A stretch of DNA of 64,000 nt, from contig JBCDKT010000013.1 of the NCBI GenBank assembly GCA_038746285.1, positions 13,126 through 77,125 on the forward strand, in the 5' to 3' direction. Under the pieces are notes generated by a model, which saw nothing but the letters and a program-made list of their open reading frames with translations, was not told the origin of the DNA and searched no databases. This DNA comes from Bacteroidota bacterium. Lineage in GTDB: Bacteria > Bacteroidota > Rhodothermia > Rhodothermales > JANQRZ01. Positions 46,878 to 55,460 of this stretch are shown piece by piece (position 1 is the first letter of the stretch; every line of letters starts with the position of its first letter). The position numbers were made by a program, and so were the translations under genes.

Positions 46878-47564
46878 TCATTGCTCGCCCCCGCGCACGG
46901 CGTCGATGGAGGCGCGGAGCCGGGCGGCGTTGCGCGTCAGCGCGCGCCAGTCCTCGTTGGCCACGGCGTGCGCGTCCACGAGCGCGCTGCCGACCCCGAC
47001 GGCGACGGCCCCGGCGCGGAGCCAGTCGCCCGCATTATCGAGCGAGACGCCGCCGGTGGGCATCAGGCGGAGGTGCGGCATCGGGGCGAGGACGCCCTTG
47101 AAGAACGGGATGCCGAGGACGCCCGCCGGGAAGACCTTCACCACGTCGGCCCCGGCGTCGGTGGCGGCGAGGATCTCGGTCGGGGTGAAGCAGCCGGGCA
47201 TGGCAGCGGCCCCGGCGGCGTGCGCGGCCTCGATGACGGCAGGCCGGAAGACGGGGCTGACGACGTAGCGCGCCCCGGCCTCGACGGCGGCCTCGGCCGT
47301 CGCGGCGTCGAGCACGCTCCCGGCCCCGACGAGGACCGAGCCGCGCATCTCGCGGCACACGGCGCGGATGGCGTCGAGCGCGTTCGGCACGGTCATCGTC
47401 ACCTCGAAGGTGACCACGCCGCCCACCGCGAGGGCCTTCGCGGTCTCGACGAGCCGGTCGGGCCGGTCGGTGCGGACGACGGCCACGGCCCCGTCGCGCG
47501 CGATCCAGTCGACGACGCCCTCGCGGGTGTCGGTGGCGGGTCGGTCGATCAGCAGCGGATTCAT
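46878..47564 (-). CDS. eda: KDPG/KHG aldolase
   Basis: FEVTMTVP, GAGSVLD, VSP, PGCFTPTE, KVFP, PTGGV. Confidence 0.95.
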   Translation of the reverse strand: MNPLLIDRPATDTREGVVDWIARDGAVAVVRTDRPDRLVETAKALAVGGVVTFEVTMTVPNALDAIRAVCREMRGSVLVGAGSVLDAATAEAAVEAGARYVVSPVFRPAVIEAAHAAGAAAMPGCFTPTEILAATDAGADVVKVFPAGVLGIPFFKGVLAPMPHLRLMPTGGVSLDNAGDWLRAGAVAVGVGSALVDAHAVANEDWRALTRNAARLRASIDAVRGGEQ

Positions 47565-48688
47565 CGATTTTCAGGTGAAGTGATAGACACTAGATGGTTG
47601 TTTTCTGCTCGCTGCCCGCTGCCTTCTGCTCGCTGACTCACGGCGGTCCAGAGGCCGAGGAGGTAGGCCGCGCCGAGCGCCCGGTCGTACAGCCCGTAGC
47701 CGGGGCGCACGCCCTCCTGCCCGACTTCGGACCAGACCATCCGCCCGTGGTCGGGGCGGGCGGGGCCGCGGAAGCCAGTCTCGGCGAGGGCGCGGAGGAC
47801 GGCGGCGAAGTCCACGGCTCCGTCGGGGTGCGCGGTCTCGGCGAAGTCGTGCGCGCCGTCCGCGTGGGCCGCGCTGTGGCGGACGTTGCGGAGATGCACG
47901 AAGTGGGTGCGCCCGGCGAGCGAGTGAACCGTCGCAGGCAGCAGCGTGGCCTCGGAGGGATCGGCCCCGAGCGAGCCGGTGCAGAGGCAGACGCCGTTGG
48001 CGGGACTGTCCACGAGGCCGCAGACGCGCCGCAGTGCCGCCCCGCTCGTCACGATGCGCGGCAGCCCGAAGACCGGCCACGGCGGGTCGTCCGGGTGGAT
48101 CGCAAGACGGACACCCGCAGCTTCAGCGACGGGCACGACGGCGTCGAGAAAGTAGGCGAGGTGGTCCCACAGCCGCTCGGCGTCGATCTCGGCGTAGGCC
48201 GCCCGCAGCGCCGCGAGGTCGTCCGGGTCGAACGCCGTCATCCACCCCGGCAGCCCGCCCGACGCGAGCTTGGCCTCGATCTCGGGCAGGTCGGCGTGGC
48301 GGTACGCGAGCGTCGTCGAGCCGTCGGGGAGGCGGAGCGCGAGGTCGGTCCGCGTCCAGTCGAAGACGGGCATGAAGTTGTAGCACACCGTCCCGATACC
48401 CTCCGCGCCGACCGCGTCGAGGCTACGGCAGAAGGCGTCGATAGCGGTGTCGCGGCCGTCCGCCCCGAGCTTGACCGACTCGGCGACGGGGATGCTCTCG
48501 ACCACGCTCCAGCGCAGCCCCGCCACCTCGATCTGCTCGCGGTGCGCAGCCACGGCGTCGCGCGGCCACGCCTCGCCCGGCGGCACGGCGTGCAGCGCGC
48601 TTACGATCCCCTCGACGCCCGGAATCTGCCGGACGTGGTCGAGGCGGACGGGGTCGTCCGGTCCGTACCAGCGGAAGGTGAGAGTCAT
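47561..48688 (-). CDS. uxuA: Mannonate dehydratase
   Basis: TFRWYGPDDPV, WSVVES, CYNFMPVFDWTRT, HPDDPP, RPDHG, PGYGLYDRALG. Confidence 0.95.
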   Translation of the reverse strand: MTLTFRWYGPDDPVRLDHVRQIPGVEGIVSALHAVPPGEAWPRDAVAAHREQIEVAGLRWSVVESIPVAESVKLGADGRDTAIDAFCRSLDAVGAEGIGTVCYNFMPVFDWTRTDLALRLPDGSTTLAYRHADLPEIEAKLASGGLPGWMTAFDPDDLAALRAAYAEIDAERLWDHLAYFLDAVVPVAEAAGVRLAIHPDDPPWPVFGLPRIVTSGAALRRVCGLVDSPANGVCLCTGSLGADPSEATLLPATVHSLAGRTHFVHLRNVRHSAAHADGAHDFAETAHPDGAVDFAAVLRALAETGFRGPARPDHGRMVWSEVGQEGVRPGYGLYDRALGAAYLLGLWTAVSQRAEGSGQRAENNHLVSITSPENR

Positions 48689-48694
48689 AGGGTT

Positions 48695-48801
48695 GGGAAT
48701 GGGAGAGCGGGCGAGTGGGAGAATGGGCGGGGTGGCGAATGGGTGATGGGAGAACGGCTACTCCTCTTCGCCCTCTCGCCCTCTCGCCCTCTCGCCCTTC
48801 C
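48695..48801. repeat. 8-mer inverted-array element B (C-rich arm lies in the uxaB 3' end)
   Basis: gggagagc gggcgagt gggagaat gggcgggg tggcgaat ... cta ... ttcgccc (tctcgccc)x3. Confidence 0.9.
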
Positions 48802-50302
48802 GTCTGTTCGGCAGAGCATCGAGGAGCATCGGAACGCCTCGGTCGAGGCCCTGCTCGGTGAAGCGGGCGACGGTGTCGGCGAAGGCGGAGCCGACGCCGG
48901 GGAGGTCGGTCAGGTTGTCGCTCCAGAGCGTGCGGTCGGCGAGGACCGAGTGGGCGACGACGGCAGCGGCATCGGGGCGGCGGCGCCACGACTCGCGGAC
49001 GGCATCGGCGCGGTCGTCGGTGAGGAGGTCGGTCGCGGCGAAGACGAGGGGCGAGTCGGACTCCATGCCCGTCGCGGCGCGGTGCAGGAGCAGGAACGCG
49101 GCGAAGCCGAGTGCAACGGCCTCGGGCACGGTACCGGTCTCGGCAAGGGCGCGGACGGCAGGCACGGCGCGGACGTCGAGCTTCATCGTCTGCTGGAGCG
49201 TGATCGAGACGAGGTCGTGCCGGATGAACGGGTTGGCGAAGCGCTCGAGCACGGCGCGGGCGAACGGCGCGGCGATCAACGGGTCGTGCCCCGCCGCTTC
49301 CAGCTCGCGCTCGGTCGCGGGGACGAGCTCGCCGAAGAGCAGGCGGCGGACGAAGGCACCGACGCGCTCGCCTTCGACGGCCTCGCGGACGGTCGCGCAC
49401 CCGCAGCCGAGGGCGACCGGGACGAGGAGCGTGTGGGCCGCGTTGAGCAGCCGCACTTTGCGCAGCCGGTACGGCTCGACGCTCGGCACGACGATCACGC
49501 CTGGCTCGGCTCCATCCGCGAACGGCAGGCGCTCGGCGAGGTCGTCGTTCCCTTCGATGGCCCACAGCCGGTAGACCTCGGCGGCGGTGAGCAGGTCGTC
49601 GCGGTACCCGAGGCTTTCTTGCAACGCCTCGGCGTCCTCCGGCTCGCCGGGGACGATCCGGTCGACGAGGGTGTTGGTGAACGTGCAGTCGTTGCGGACG
49701 AAGGCGGCGAAAGTCTCGCCCCACCCGGCACGCTCACCCCAGCGGAGGACGAGGCTGCAAAGCCGCTCGCCGTTGCCCTCGACGAGCTCCGTCGGGAGCA
49801 CGACGACGCCCGCACCGTCGCCGAGTGCCTCCTGCCGCGCCCGCAGCCACGCCGCGAGCTTGGCCGGGAACGAGCGCGGCGGGGCCGCCTCGGGGTCGTC
49901 CTCTTCGTCCCACGTCAGCCCCACCTCGGTCGTGTTCGAGACGACGAGGCCCACGTTTTCGTCGCGGGCGAGCGCGAGCACGTCGTCCCAGTCGTCCTGC
50001 GCTGAGAGTGCCCGCGCCACCGCGCCGACGACGCGGGTTCGCTCGACCGCCTCGCCGTCTTCGATGCCTCGCACGACGAGCGTGTACAGCCCGTCCTGCT
50101 CGTTGAACGCGACCCCACGCCCGCTCCCGGTCTGGCTCACGACAACGGCGCGGCCGTCCCACGACCCGGCACGATTGGCGAGGTCGAAGGCGTCGTCCAC
50201 CAAGCCGCGGAGCAGCGCGCCCGTGCCGAACTGCACCACGCGGACGGGATGCTCGGGCGGTGCGTCAGGCGCGTGGTGGCGGTCGAGTCGAGGAAGGGGC
50301 AT
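48758..50302 (-). CDS. uxaB: Tagaturonate reductase (altronate oxidoreductase)
   Basis: VVQFGTGALLRG, SNTTE.G, SFPAKL, PTEL..NG, NTLVDRIVPG, KVRLLNAAH; next to uxaA. Confidence 0.88.
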   Translation of the reverse strand: MPLPRLDRHHAPDAPPEHPVRVVQFGTGALLRGLVDDAFDLANRAGSWDGRAVVVSQTGSGRGVAFNEQDGLYTLVVRGIEDGEAVERTRVVGAVARALSAQDDWDDVLALARDENVGLVVSNTTEVGLTWDEEDDPEAAPPRSFPAKLAAWLRARQEALGDGAGVVVLPTELVEGNGERLCSLVLRWGERAGWGETFAAFVRNDCTFTNTLVDRIVPGEPEDAEALQESLGYRDDLLTAAEVYRLWAIEGNDDLAERLPFADGAEPGVIVVPSVEPYRLRKVRLLNAAHTLLVPVALGCGCATVREAVEGERVGAFVRRLLFGELVPATERELEAAGHDPLIAAPFARAVLERFANPFIRHDLVSITLQQTMKLDVRAVPAVRALAETGTVPEAVALGFAAFLLLHRAATGMESDSPLVFAATDLLTDDRADAVRESWRRRPDAAAVVAHSVLADRTLWSDNLTDLPGVGSAFADTVARFTEQGLDRGVPMLLDALPNRRKGERARGREGEEE

Positions 50303-50315
50303 GGAGTGGTCGGTT

Positions 50316-50425
50316 GGGAATGGGAAAAGTGGGCGGGGTGGCGAGTGGGCGGGGTGGCGAACGAAAGCGGTCAGGTCAAATTCGCCCTTTCGCCCTCTCC
50401 CCCATTCGCCCTTTCTCTCGCCCCC
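50316..50425. repeat. 8-mer inverted-array element C ('empty', conserved core)
   Basis: gggcgggg tggcgagt gggcgggg tggcg - aacgaaagcggtcaggtcaa - attcgccc tttcgccc tctcccc attcgccc. Confidence 0.9.
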
Positions 50426-51952
50426 TCACAACGTCACCCCCGCTTTCCAGATCGCGATCTCGCGGTAGTCGTTGGTCTCGTTGCGCGTCCGGCGGCGGCC
50501 CGAGGCAATGGCGAGGAGGTCGGCCACGAAGCGGTCGGCGAGCCCGTCGAGGTCGGCCTCGCCGGTGAGGAGGGGGCCGGCGCTGAAGTCGATCCAGTGC
50601 GGCTTACGCGCGGCGACGGCGTCGTTGGTGGCGATCTTGACGGTCGGGGCAGGGAAGCCGAGGGGCGTACCGCGGCCCGTCGTGAAGAGGACGAGCGCCG
50701 CGCCCGCCGCGGTCAGCGCGGTCGAGGAGACGCCGTCGTTGCCGGGGCTTTCGAGGAGGGCGAGGCCGGGCCGGAAGCCGTCGTGCCCCGGCACACTCGC
50801 GCGCCCGGTGTAGCGGACGACCTCGGCCACGGGGGCCCGCCCGCCCTTCTGGATCGCGCCGAGCGACTTCTCCTCCAGCGTCGTCAGCCCGCCGTCTTTG
50901 TTGCCGGGCGAGGGGTTCTCGTAGACCGGCTGGTTGTGGTCGAGGAAGTAGCGCTTGAAGTCGTTCACGAGGTCGACCGTCCGCTCGAACACGCCCCGGT
51001 CAGTGGCGCGTTGCATCAGCACGCGCTCGGCCCCGAACATCTCGGGGACCTCGGTGAGAATCCCGCGCCCGCCCCACGCCGCGACGCGGTCGGCGACGCG
51101 CCCGACGAGCGGGTTGGCCGTCACGCCCGAGAATCCGTCCGAGCCGCCGCACTTGAACCCGAGCACGAGGTCCGCCGCCGAGACCGTCTCCCGTTGGTCC
51201 GACCGCATGAGGCCCACGATCTCCTCGGCGAGCGTCGTCCCCTCCTCCACCTCGTCGAGGACGTGCTGCGCGGCGAAGCCCCGGACGCGTCCGTCGGTCC
51301 GGTCGGCCTCCTGGAGGAAGGCGTCGAGCTGGTTGTTCTCGCAGCCGAGGCCGAGCACGAGGACGCCACCCGCGTTCGGGTGCGCCGCGAGGCGGGCGAG
51401 GAGCTGGCGCGTGTGCCCGAGGTCGTCGCCGAGTTGGGAGCAGCCGTAAGGGTGGGCGAAGGCGTGGGCGCCGTCGATCACGCCCTCGCCTTCGGGACCG
51501 AACCGGGCGTCGACGGCGCGGGCGATCCGCTCGGCGGCGCGGTTGACGCAGCCGACGGTGTTGAGCACCCACAGCTCGTTGCGCGTCCCGACGCGCCCGT
51601 CCGGGCGGCGGTAGCCCGCCCACGTCGGCACGTCGCGCGCGGCGGGCCGGTCGGTGTCGACAGGATCGTAGCTGTATTCGTCCTCGCCGCTCAGCCTGGT
51701 GGCGAGGTTATGGCTGTGAACCCACTCGCCCGGCGCGATGGCCTCAGTCGCGCGGCCAATCGGGAAGCCGTATTTGACCACGGCGTCGCCCTCGGCGTGT
51801 GGGACGAGCGCGATTTTGTGCCCGGCCGGCACGTCCGCGCGCAGCGTCACGCCAAGCACCTCGGCTCCTGCTTCCAGCGCCTCGACGGCGACGGCGACGG
51901 TGTCGGTCTCGTGGATACGGAGCGCGCGCGGCGCGGTGAGCACGTCCGGCAT
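50426..51952 (-). CDS. uxaA: Altronate dehydratase
   Basis: SAF domain (GHKIAL..VKYG.PIG), GTRNE, HPYGCSQLGDD, KCGGSDGFSG.TANP, NPSPGNK.GGLTTLEEKSLG. Confidence 0.95.
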   Translation of the reverse strand: MPDVLTAPRALRIHETDTVAVAVEALEAGAEVLGVTLRADVPAGHKIALVPHAEGDAVVKYGFPIGRATEAIAPGEWVHSHNLATRLSGEDEYSYDPVDTDRPAARDVPTWAGYRRPDGRVGTRNELWVLNTVGCVNRAAERIARAVDARFGPEGEGVIDGAHAFAHPYGCSQLGDDLGHTRQLLARLAAHPNAGGVLVLGLGCENNQLDAFLQEADRTDGRVRGFAAQHVLDEVEEGTTLAEEIVGLMRSDQRETVSAADLVLGFKCGGSDGFSGVTANPLVGRVADRVAAWGGRGILTEVPEMFGAERVLMQRATDRGVFERTVDLVNDFKRYFLDHNQPVYENPSPGNKDGGLTTLEEKSLGAIQKGGRAPVAEVVRYTGRASVPGHDGFRPGLALLESPGNDGVSSTALTAAGAALVLFTTGRGTPLGFPAPTVKIATNDAVAARKPHWIDFSAGPLLTGEADLDGLADRFVADLLAIASGRRRTRNETNDYREIAIWKAGVTL

Positions 51953-51965
51953 GGCTATGGGGTGA

Positions 51966-52479
51966 GGGCGAGTGGGCGAAAGGGCGAGTGGGCGTTAGAG
52001 GTTGGATTCTCCGTTTGCGTTGTATGGTGTGGGGTCTTCGCGGACGAGAGACGAGGGGCCGCACCACTGTTCCGGGTAGCGCATCATCTTGACGAGACCG
52101 GCGGCGAGGTGGTCGCACAAATCGACGAGCACATCGTGCCTCGCAGCGTTGAGGTAGCCACACTCGAGAGCTACATCGAGCCATACGCTCGTCTCTTCCG
52201 CTTCGCCGAGGGCGTCGGTGAGCTTGCTGACGAAATGTTTGGGGTAGCGACGTTTCGCCCATGCCTCGGCTAGGTTCGCCGAGACGCTGCGTGACGAGCG
52301 CCGCGCTTGATCGGTGAGGGCATATTGCTCCTCCTTCGGCCACGCCTTCGACGCGGCGAAGACCGCCTTCCGAAGCTCAACGGATCGTTCGTAAACGCGC
52401 AGTTCTTTGACTCGCATGGTCTGTCTCATCAGGTTGTCAGGTTCTCTTTCCGCCCCTCCGCCCATTCGCCCTCTCGCCC
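51966..52479 (-). mobile_element. Putative four-helix-bundle cassette bounded by inverted 8-bp arrays (element D, 'filled')
   Basis: Left arm gggcgagt gggcgaaa gggcgagt gggcg (51966-94) abuts the stop; right arm tttccgccc ctccgccc attcgccc tctcgccc (52447-79); enclosed gene is visibly lower in GC. Confidence 0.6.
51995..52429 (-). CDS. Four helix bundle protein (23S rRNA-IVP / Avd-like family)
   Basis: Start ATG 52429 or 52417; L.VY..S...., P.EEQYALTDQ.RRSSRSV.AN.AEAW.KRRY..HFVSKLTDA.GEA.ET.VWL..A.ECGY. Confidence 0.92.
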   Translation of the reverse strand: MRQTMRVKELRVYERSVELRKAVFAASKAWPKEEQYALTDQARRSSRSVSANLAEAWAKRRYPKHFVSKLTDALGEAEETSVWLDVALECGYLNAARHDVLVDLCDHLAAGLVKMMRYPEQWCGPSSLVREDPTPYNANGESNL

Positions 52480-52481
52480 GT

Positions 52482-53987
52482 TCATCCTCCCAGCCTCGGT
52501 AGCGTCGTGCCCGCGAGGAGCGGGACGAACACGACGGCGAGGAGCGTGACGAGAAGCGCGAAGGCGAGGTTCAGCCAGACACCGGCGCGGGCCATCTGCC
52601 CGACGGTCAGGTAGCCGCTCCCGTAGACGATCGCGTTGGGCGGCGTGGCGACGGGGAGCATGAACGCGCAGCTTGCGGCGACGGTCGCCGGGACGAGGAG
52701 GAGGAGCGGCGCGGTGCCGGTCGAGACGGCGAGGGCTGCGAGAACCGGGAGGAAAGCGGCAGCGGTCGCCGTGTTGCTCGTCAGTTCGGTCAGGAAGACG
52801 ATCACCACGACGACGATCCCGACGAGGACAAACGTCGGGAGCGCGCCGAAGGCGGCGAGGGCTTCGCCGATCCACGAGGCGAGGCCGGTACTGGAAATAG
52901 CCGAAGCGAGCGAGAGGCCGCCGCCGAAGAGGAGCAGGATGCCCCACGGGAGCGTCTTCGCCGTCGCCCAGTCGAGCGCCCGCACCGCGTGCCCGCCAGC
53001 GGTCCGCACCGGGAGCGCGAAGAGCGCGAGCGCGCCGAGCATCGCCAGGCCGGGATCGGAGAGGCCAGGCACGACGGCTTCGAGGAGGGGACGCGTGATC
53101 CACAGCAGCGCCACAATCCCGAAGACGGCCCCGACCGTCCACTCGCCCCGGCTGACGGGTCCGAGCGCCGCCAGCCGCTCGCGGATAAACGCCTGCCCGC
53201 CCGGAATCTCCGGCAGCCGCACCGGGAAGACGACACGCACGAGGAGCGTGTACGCGAGCGCGATTCCAATCACCACCAGCGGCAGCCCGACCACGAGCCA
53301 CCCCGCGAACGACACCTCGACGCCGTAGGTCTCCTCGACGAAGCCTGCGAAGAACGCGTTCGTCGGCGTCCCGATGAGCGTCCCGAGGCCGCCGACCGAG
53401 CAGGCGTAGGCGACCCCGAGCATCAGCACGAGCGCGAACCGTCGGTCCTCGGCCTCGGTCCCGACCTCGTCGCGGTGGGCGAGTTCAGCCACCGAGAGCG
53501 CAATCGGGAGCATCATCACAGCCGTCGCGGTGTTCGAGATGCCCATCGAGAGCGCGGCGGCGGCGAGCATCAACCCGAGCACGATCCGCCGCGGCCGCGT
53601 CCCGACGCGCGCCACGACCGAGAGCGCGAGCCGCCGGTGGAGGTCCCACCGCTCCATCCCCTTCGCCAGGAGGAACCCGCCGAGGAAGAGGAAGATGATC
53701 GGGCTCGCGTAGGGGGCCGCCGCGTCCCGGATGCCGGCCACGCCCAGGAGCGGGAACGCCGCGAGCGGGACGAGCGAGGTCGCCGCAATCGGCAGGGCCT
53801 CGGTCATCCACCACACCGCCATCAGCACGGCGACCGCCGCCGCGCCCCATCCGGCCTCGCCCAATCCCTCCGGCGCGGGCAGCGCGAGCAGCACGCCGAA
53901 CGCCGCCAGCCCCGCGACGAGGCCGACGCGCTGCGCCGCCGTCGTCCCGGTCTCGGGCGGAGGGGAAACGGTGGGGGTCGGGGTCAT
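52482..53987 (-). CDS. DASS/SLC13 sodium-coupled di-/tricarboxylate symporter
   Basis: Start ATG 53987; WWMTEALP, SMGISNTAT..MMLP, GTLIGTP, ELTSNTA, AFMLPVATPPNA. Confidence 0.92.
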   Translation of the reverse strand: MTPTPTVSPPPETGTTAAQRVGLVAGLAAFGVLLALPAPEGLGEAGWGAAAVAVLMAVWWMTEALPIAATSLVPLAAFPLLGVAGIRDAAAPYASPIIFLFLGGFLLAKGMERWDLHRRLALSVVARVGTRPRRIVLGLMLAAAALSMGISNTATAVMMLPIALSVAELAHRDEVGTEAEDRRFALVLMLGVAYACSVGGLGTLIGTPTNAFFAGFVEETYGVEVSFAGWLVVGLPLVVIGIALAYTLLVRVVFPVRLPEIPGGQAFIRERLAALGPVSRGEWTVGAVFGIVALLWITRPLLEAVVPGLSDPGLAMLGALALFALPVRTAGGHAVRALDWATAKTLPWGILLLFGGGLSLASAISSTGLASWIGEALAAFGALPTFVLVGIVVVVIVFLTELTSNTATAAAFLPVLAALAVSTGTAPLLLLVPATVAASCAFMLPVATPPNAIVYGSGYLTVGQMARAGVWLNLAFALLVTLLAVVFVPLLAGTTLPRLGG

Positions 53988-54003
53988 GGGTTTGGTTTTG
54001 CGT

Positions 54004-54090
54004 GGGTGAGGGGGCGAGAGGGCGGGGTGGCGAGCGAAAGTGGTCAGGTCAGATTCGCCCTTTCGCCCTTTCTCCCATTCGCCCTCTCTC
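54004..54090. repeat. 8-mer inverted-array element E ('empty', conserved core)
   Basis: gggcgaga gggcgggg tggcg - agcgaaagtggtcaggtcag - attcgccc tttcgccc tttctccc attcgccc tctctc. Confidence 0.9.
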
Positions 54091-54091
54091 A

Positions 54092-55336
54092 TCACTGTCG
54101 GTCGGCGTAGGCTTTGGCGGCGGCTTCGATCGCGCCCTCCTTCGGGACGAGGCCGAGGCCGGGCGCTTCGGGCACGGCGATCATCCCGTTCTCGGGCAGC
54201 ACCTGGGTCTCGAAGAGGTCCCACAGTTCGGGAGCCTTGTCCGGGCCGGGGTGCTCCTGCGGGCGGTCGGCGCGGAGGACCGAGGCGACGTAGTGGAGGT
54301 GCGCCGCCGTGCCGAGCGTCGGGCGCGTCGAGTGGACCGCGATCGGGAGGTCGAAGGCGGAGCAGAGCGCGGCGATGTGGCGGCCCTCGGTCAGCCCGCC
54401 CGCCCGGATCAGGTCGGGGTTGACGACGTCGGGGCGGCCCTGCACGATGAGGTCGCGGAACTGCCAGCGCGTGTACTCGTGCTCGCCGGCGGCGACCTGG
54501 ATGCCGTCGAGCGCGTCCGAGACCTCGGCGTGGTCGGCGTAGTTGGTGTAGCCGACCGGCTCCTCGAAGACCGAGACGTTGTACTCCTCGTAGAGCCGCC
54601 GCCCGACCTCAATCGCGCGCGCGGCCGAGTACCCGTTGTTGGCGTCGACGTAGAGCGGAAACTCGTCGCCGATCTCGGAGCGGATCGCGGCGACGACCTC
54701 GAACGTCGGGTCGTCCACGGGGTCGACGTTGGTCTGCCGGATGTCCATCCGCGCCTTGACAGCCTTGAACCCGATCTCCACGAACCCGGCGGCGATGCGG
54801 GCCATGTCGGCGGGCGTCCGGTCGCCGCCGTCGCGGGAGAACGAGCCGTAGACGGGGATCTCTTTGCGGTACGCCCCGCCGATGAGCTGGTAGCAGGGCC
54901 GCCCGAGCACCTTGCCGCGCGCGTCCCACAGCGCGAGGTCGATGCCGGAGATCGCGCTCGTGATGAGGCCGCCGCGGCCCATGTCGTCCGAGCGGAAGTA
55001 GAGGTCGGTGAAGAGGGGGTCGGCGTCGAAGAGGTCACGGCCCTCGACCTGCCGGTCGATGCGGTCGATGAGGGCGTCGACGATGCCCGGCCCGGCGCCG
55101 GCGCGGTCGGCTTCACCCCAACCTGTGACGCCCGCGCTCGTGCGGACGCGCGTGAAGAGCGCCGCCCCGACGTAGAAGGCGTCCACCTCGGTGACGGTGA
55201 CCGGCGCGACGCCCCGCAGCGGCCCGTCGTAGACCGTCGGGCCCGCCGAAGGCTCGGCGGCGAAGGCGGCACTCGGCGCGGCGGCCGCGAGCGGCAGCGC
55301 GGCGGAGGACCGGAGGAAGTGGCGGCGCGAAGGCAT
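54092..55336 (-). CDS. Mandelate racemase/muconate lactonizing enzyme family dehydratase with Tat signal
   Basis: Start ATG 55336 (MPSRRHFLRSSAALPLAAAA); SGIDLALWD..GK.LG.P.YQL.GG, KARMD, VDAN, FEEP, GEHE, NPD, H. Confidence 0.88.
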   Translation of the reverse strand: MPSRRHFLRSSAALPLAAAAPSAAFAAEPSAGPTVYDGPLRGVAPVTVTEVDAFYVGAALFTRVRTSAGVTGWGEADRAGAGPGIVDALIDRIDRQVEGRDLFDADPLFTDLYFRSDDMGRGGLITSAISGIDLALWDARGKVLGRPCYQLIGGAYRKEIPVYGSFSRDGGDRTPADMARIAAGFVEIGFKAVKARMDIRQTNVDPVDDPTFEVVAAIRSEIGDEFPLYVDANNGYSAARAIEVGRRLYEEYNVSVFEEPVGYTNYADHAEVSDALDGIQVAAGEHEYTRWQFRDLIVQGRPDVVNPDLIRAGGLTEGRHIAALCSAFDLPIAVHSTRPTLGTAAHLHYVASVLRADRPQEHPGPDKAPELWDLFETQVLPENGMIAVPEAPGLGLVPKEGAIEAAAKAYADRQ

Positions 55337-55351
55337 GGCGTCGGGTTTGTC

Positions 55352-55460
55352 GGCGAGTGGGCGGGGTGGCGAAAGGGCGGAGGGGCGAGTGGGCGGGGGG
55401 CAAACGAAAGCGGTCAGGTCGGATTCTCCCATTCGCCCTCTCCCCCATTCGCCCATTCTC
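55352..55460. repeat. 8-mer inverted-array element F ('empty', conserved core)
   Basis: gggcgggg tggcgaaa gggcggag gggcgagt gggcgggg - aacgaaagcggtcaggtcgg - attctccc attcgccc tctccccc attcgccc attctc. Confidence 0.9.

Noticed and set aside
51995-52429. Diversity-generating retroelement or rRNA intervening sequence
   Set aside because: No reverse transcriptase, no TR/VR pair with A-specific mismatches, and no rRNA in the window
44323-55460. Elements as simple rho-independent terminators
   Set aside because: No U tract follows on either strand, and they lie inside an apparently single operon; an RNA-processing role remains possible
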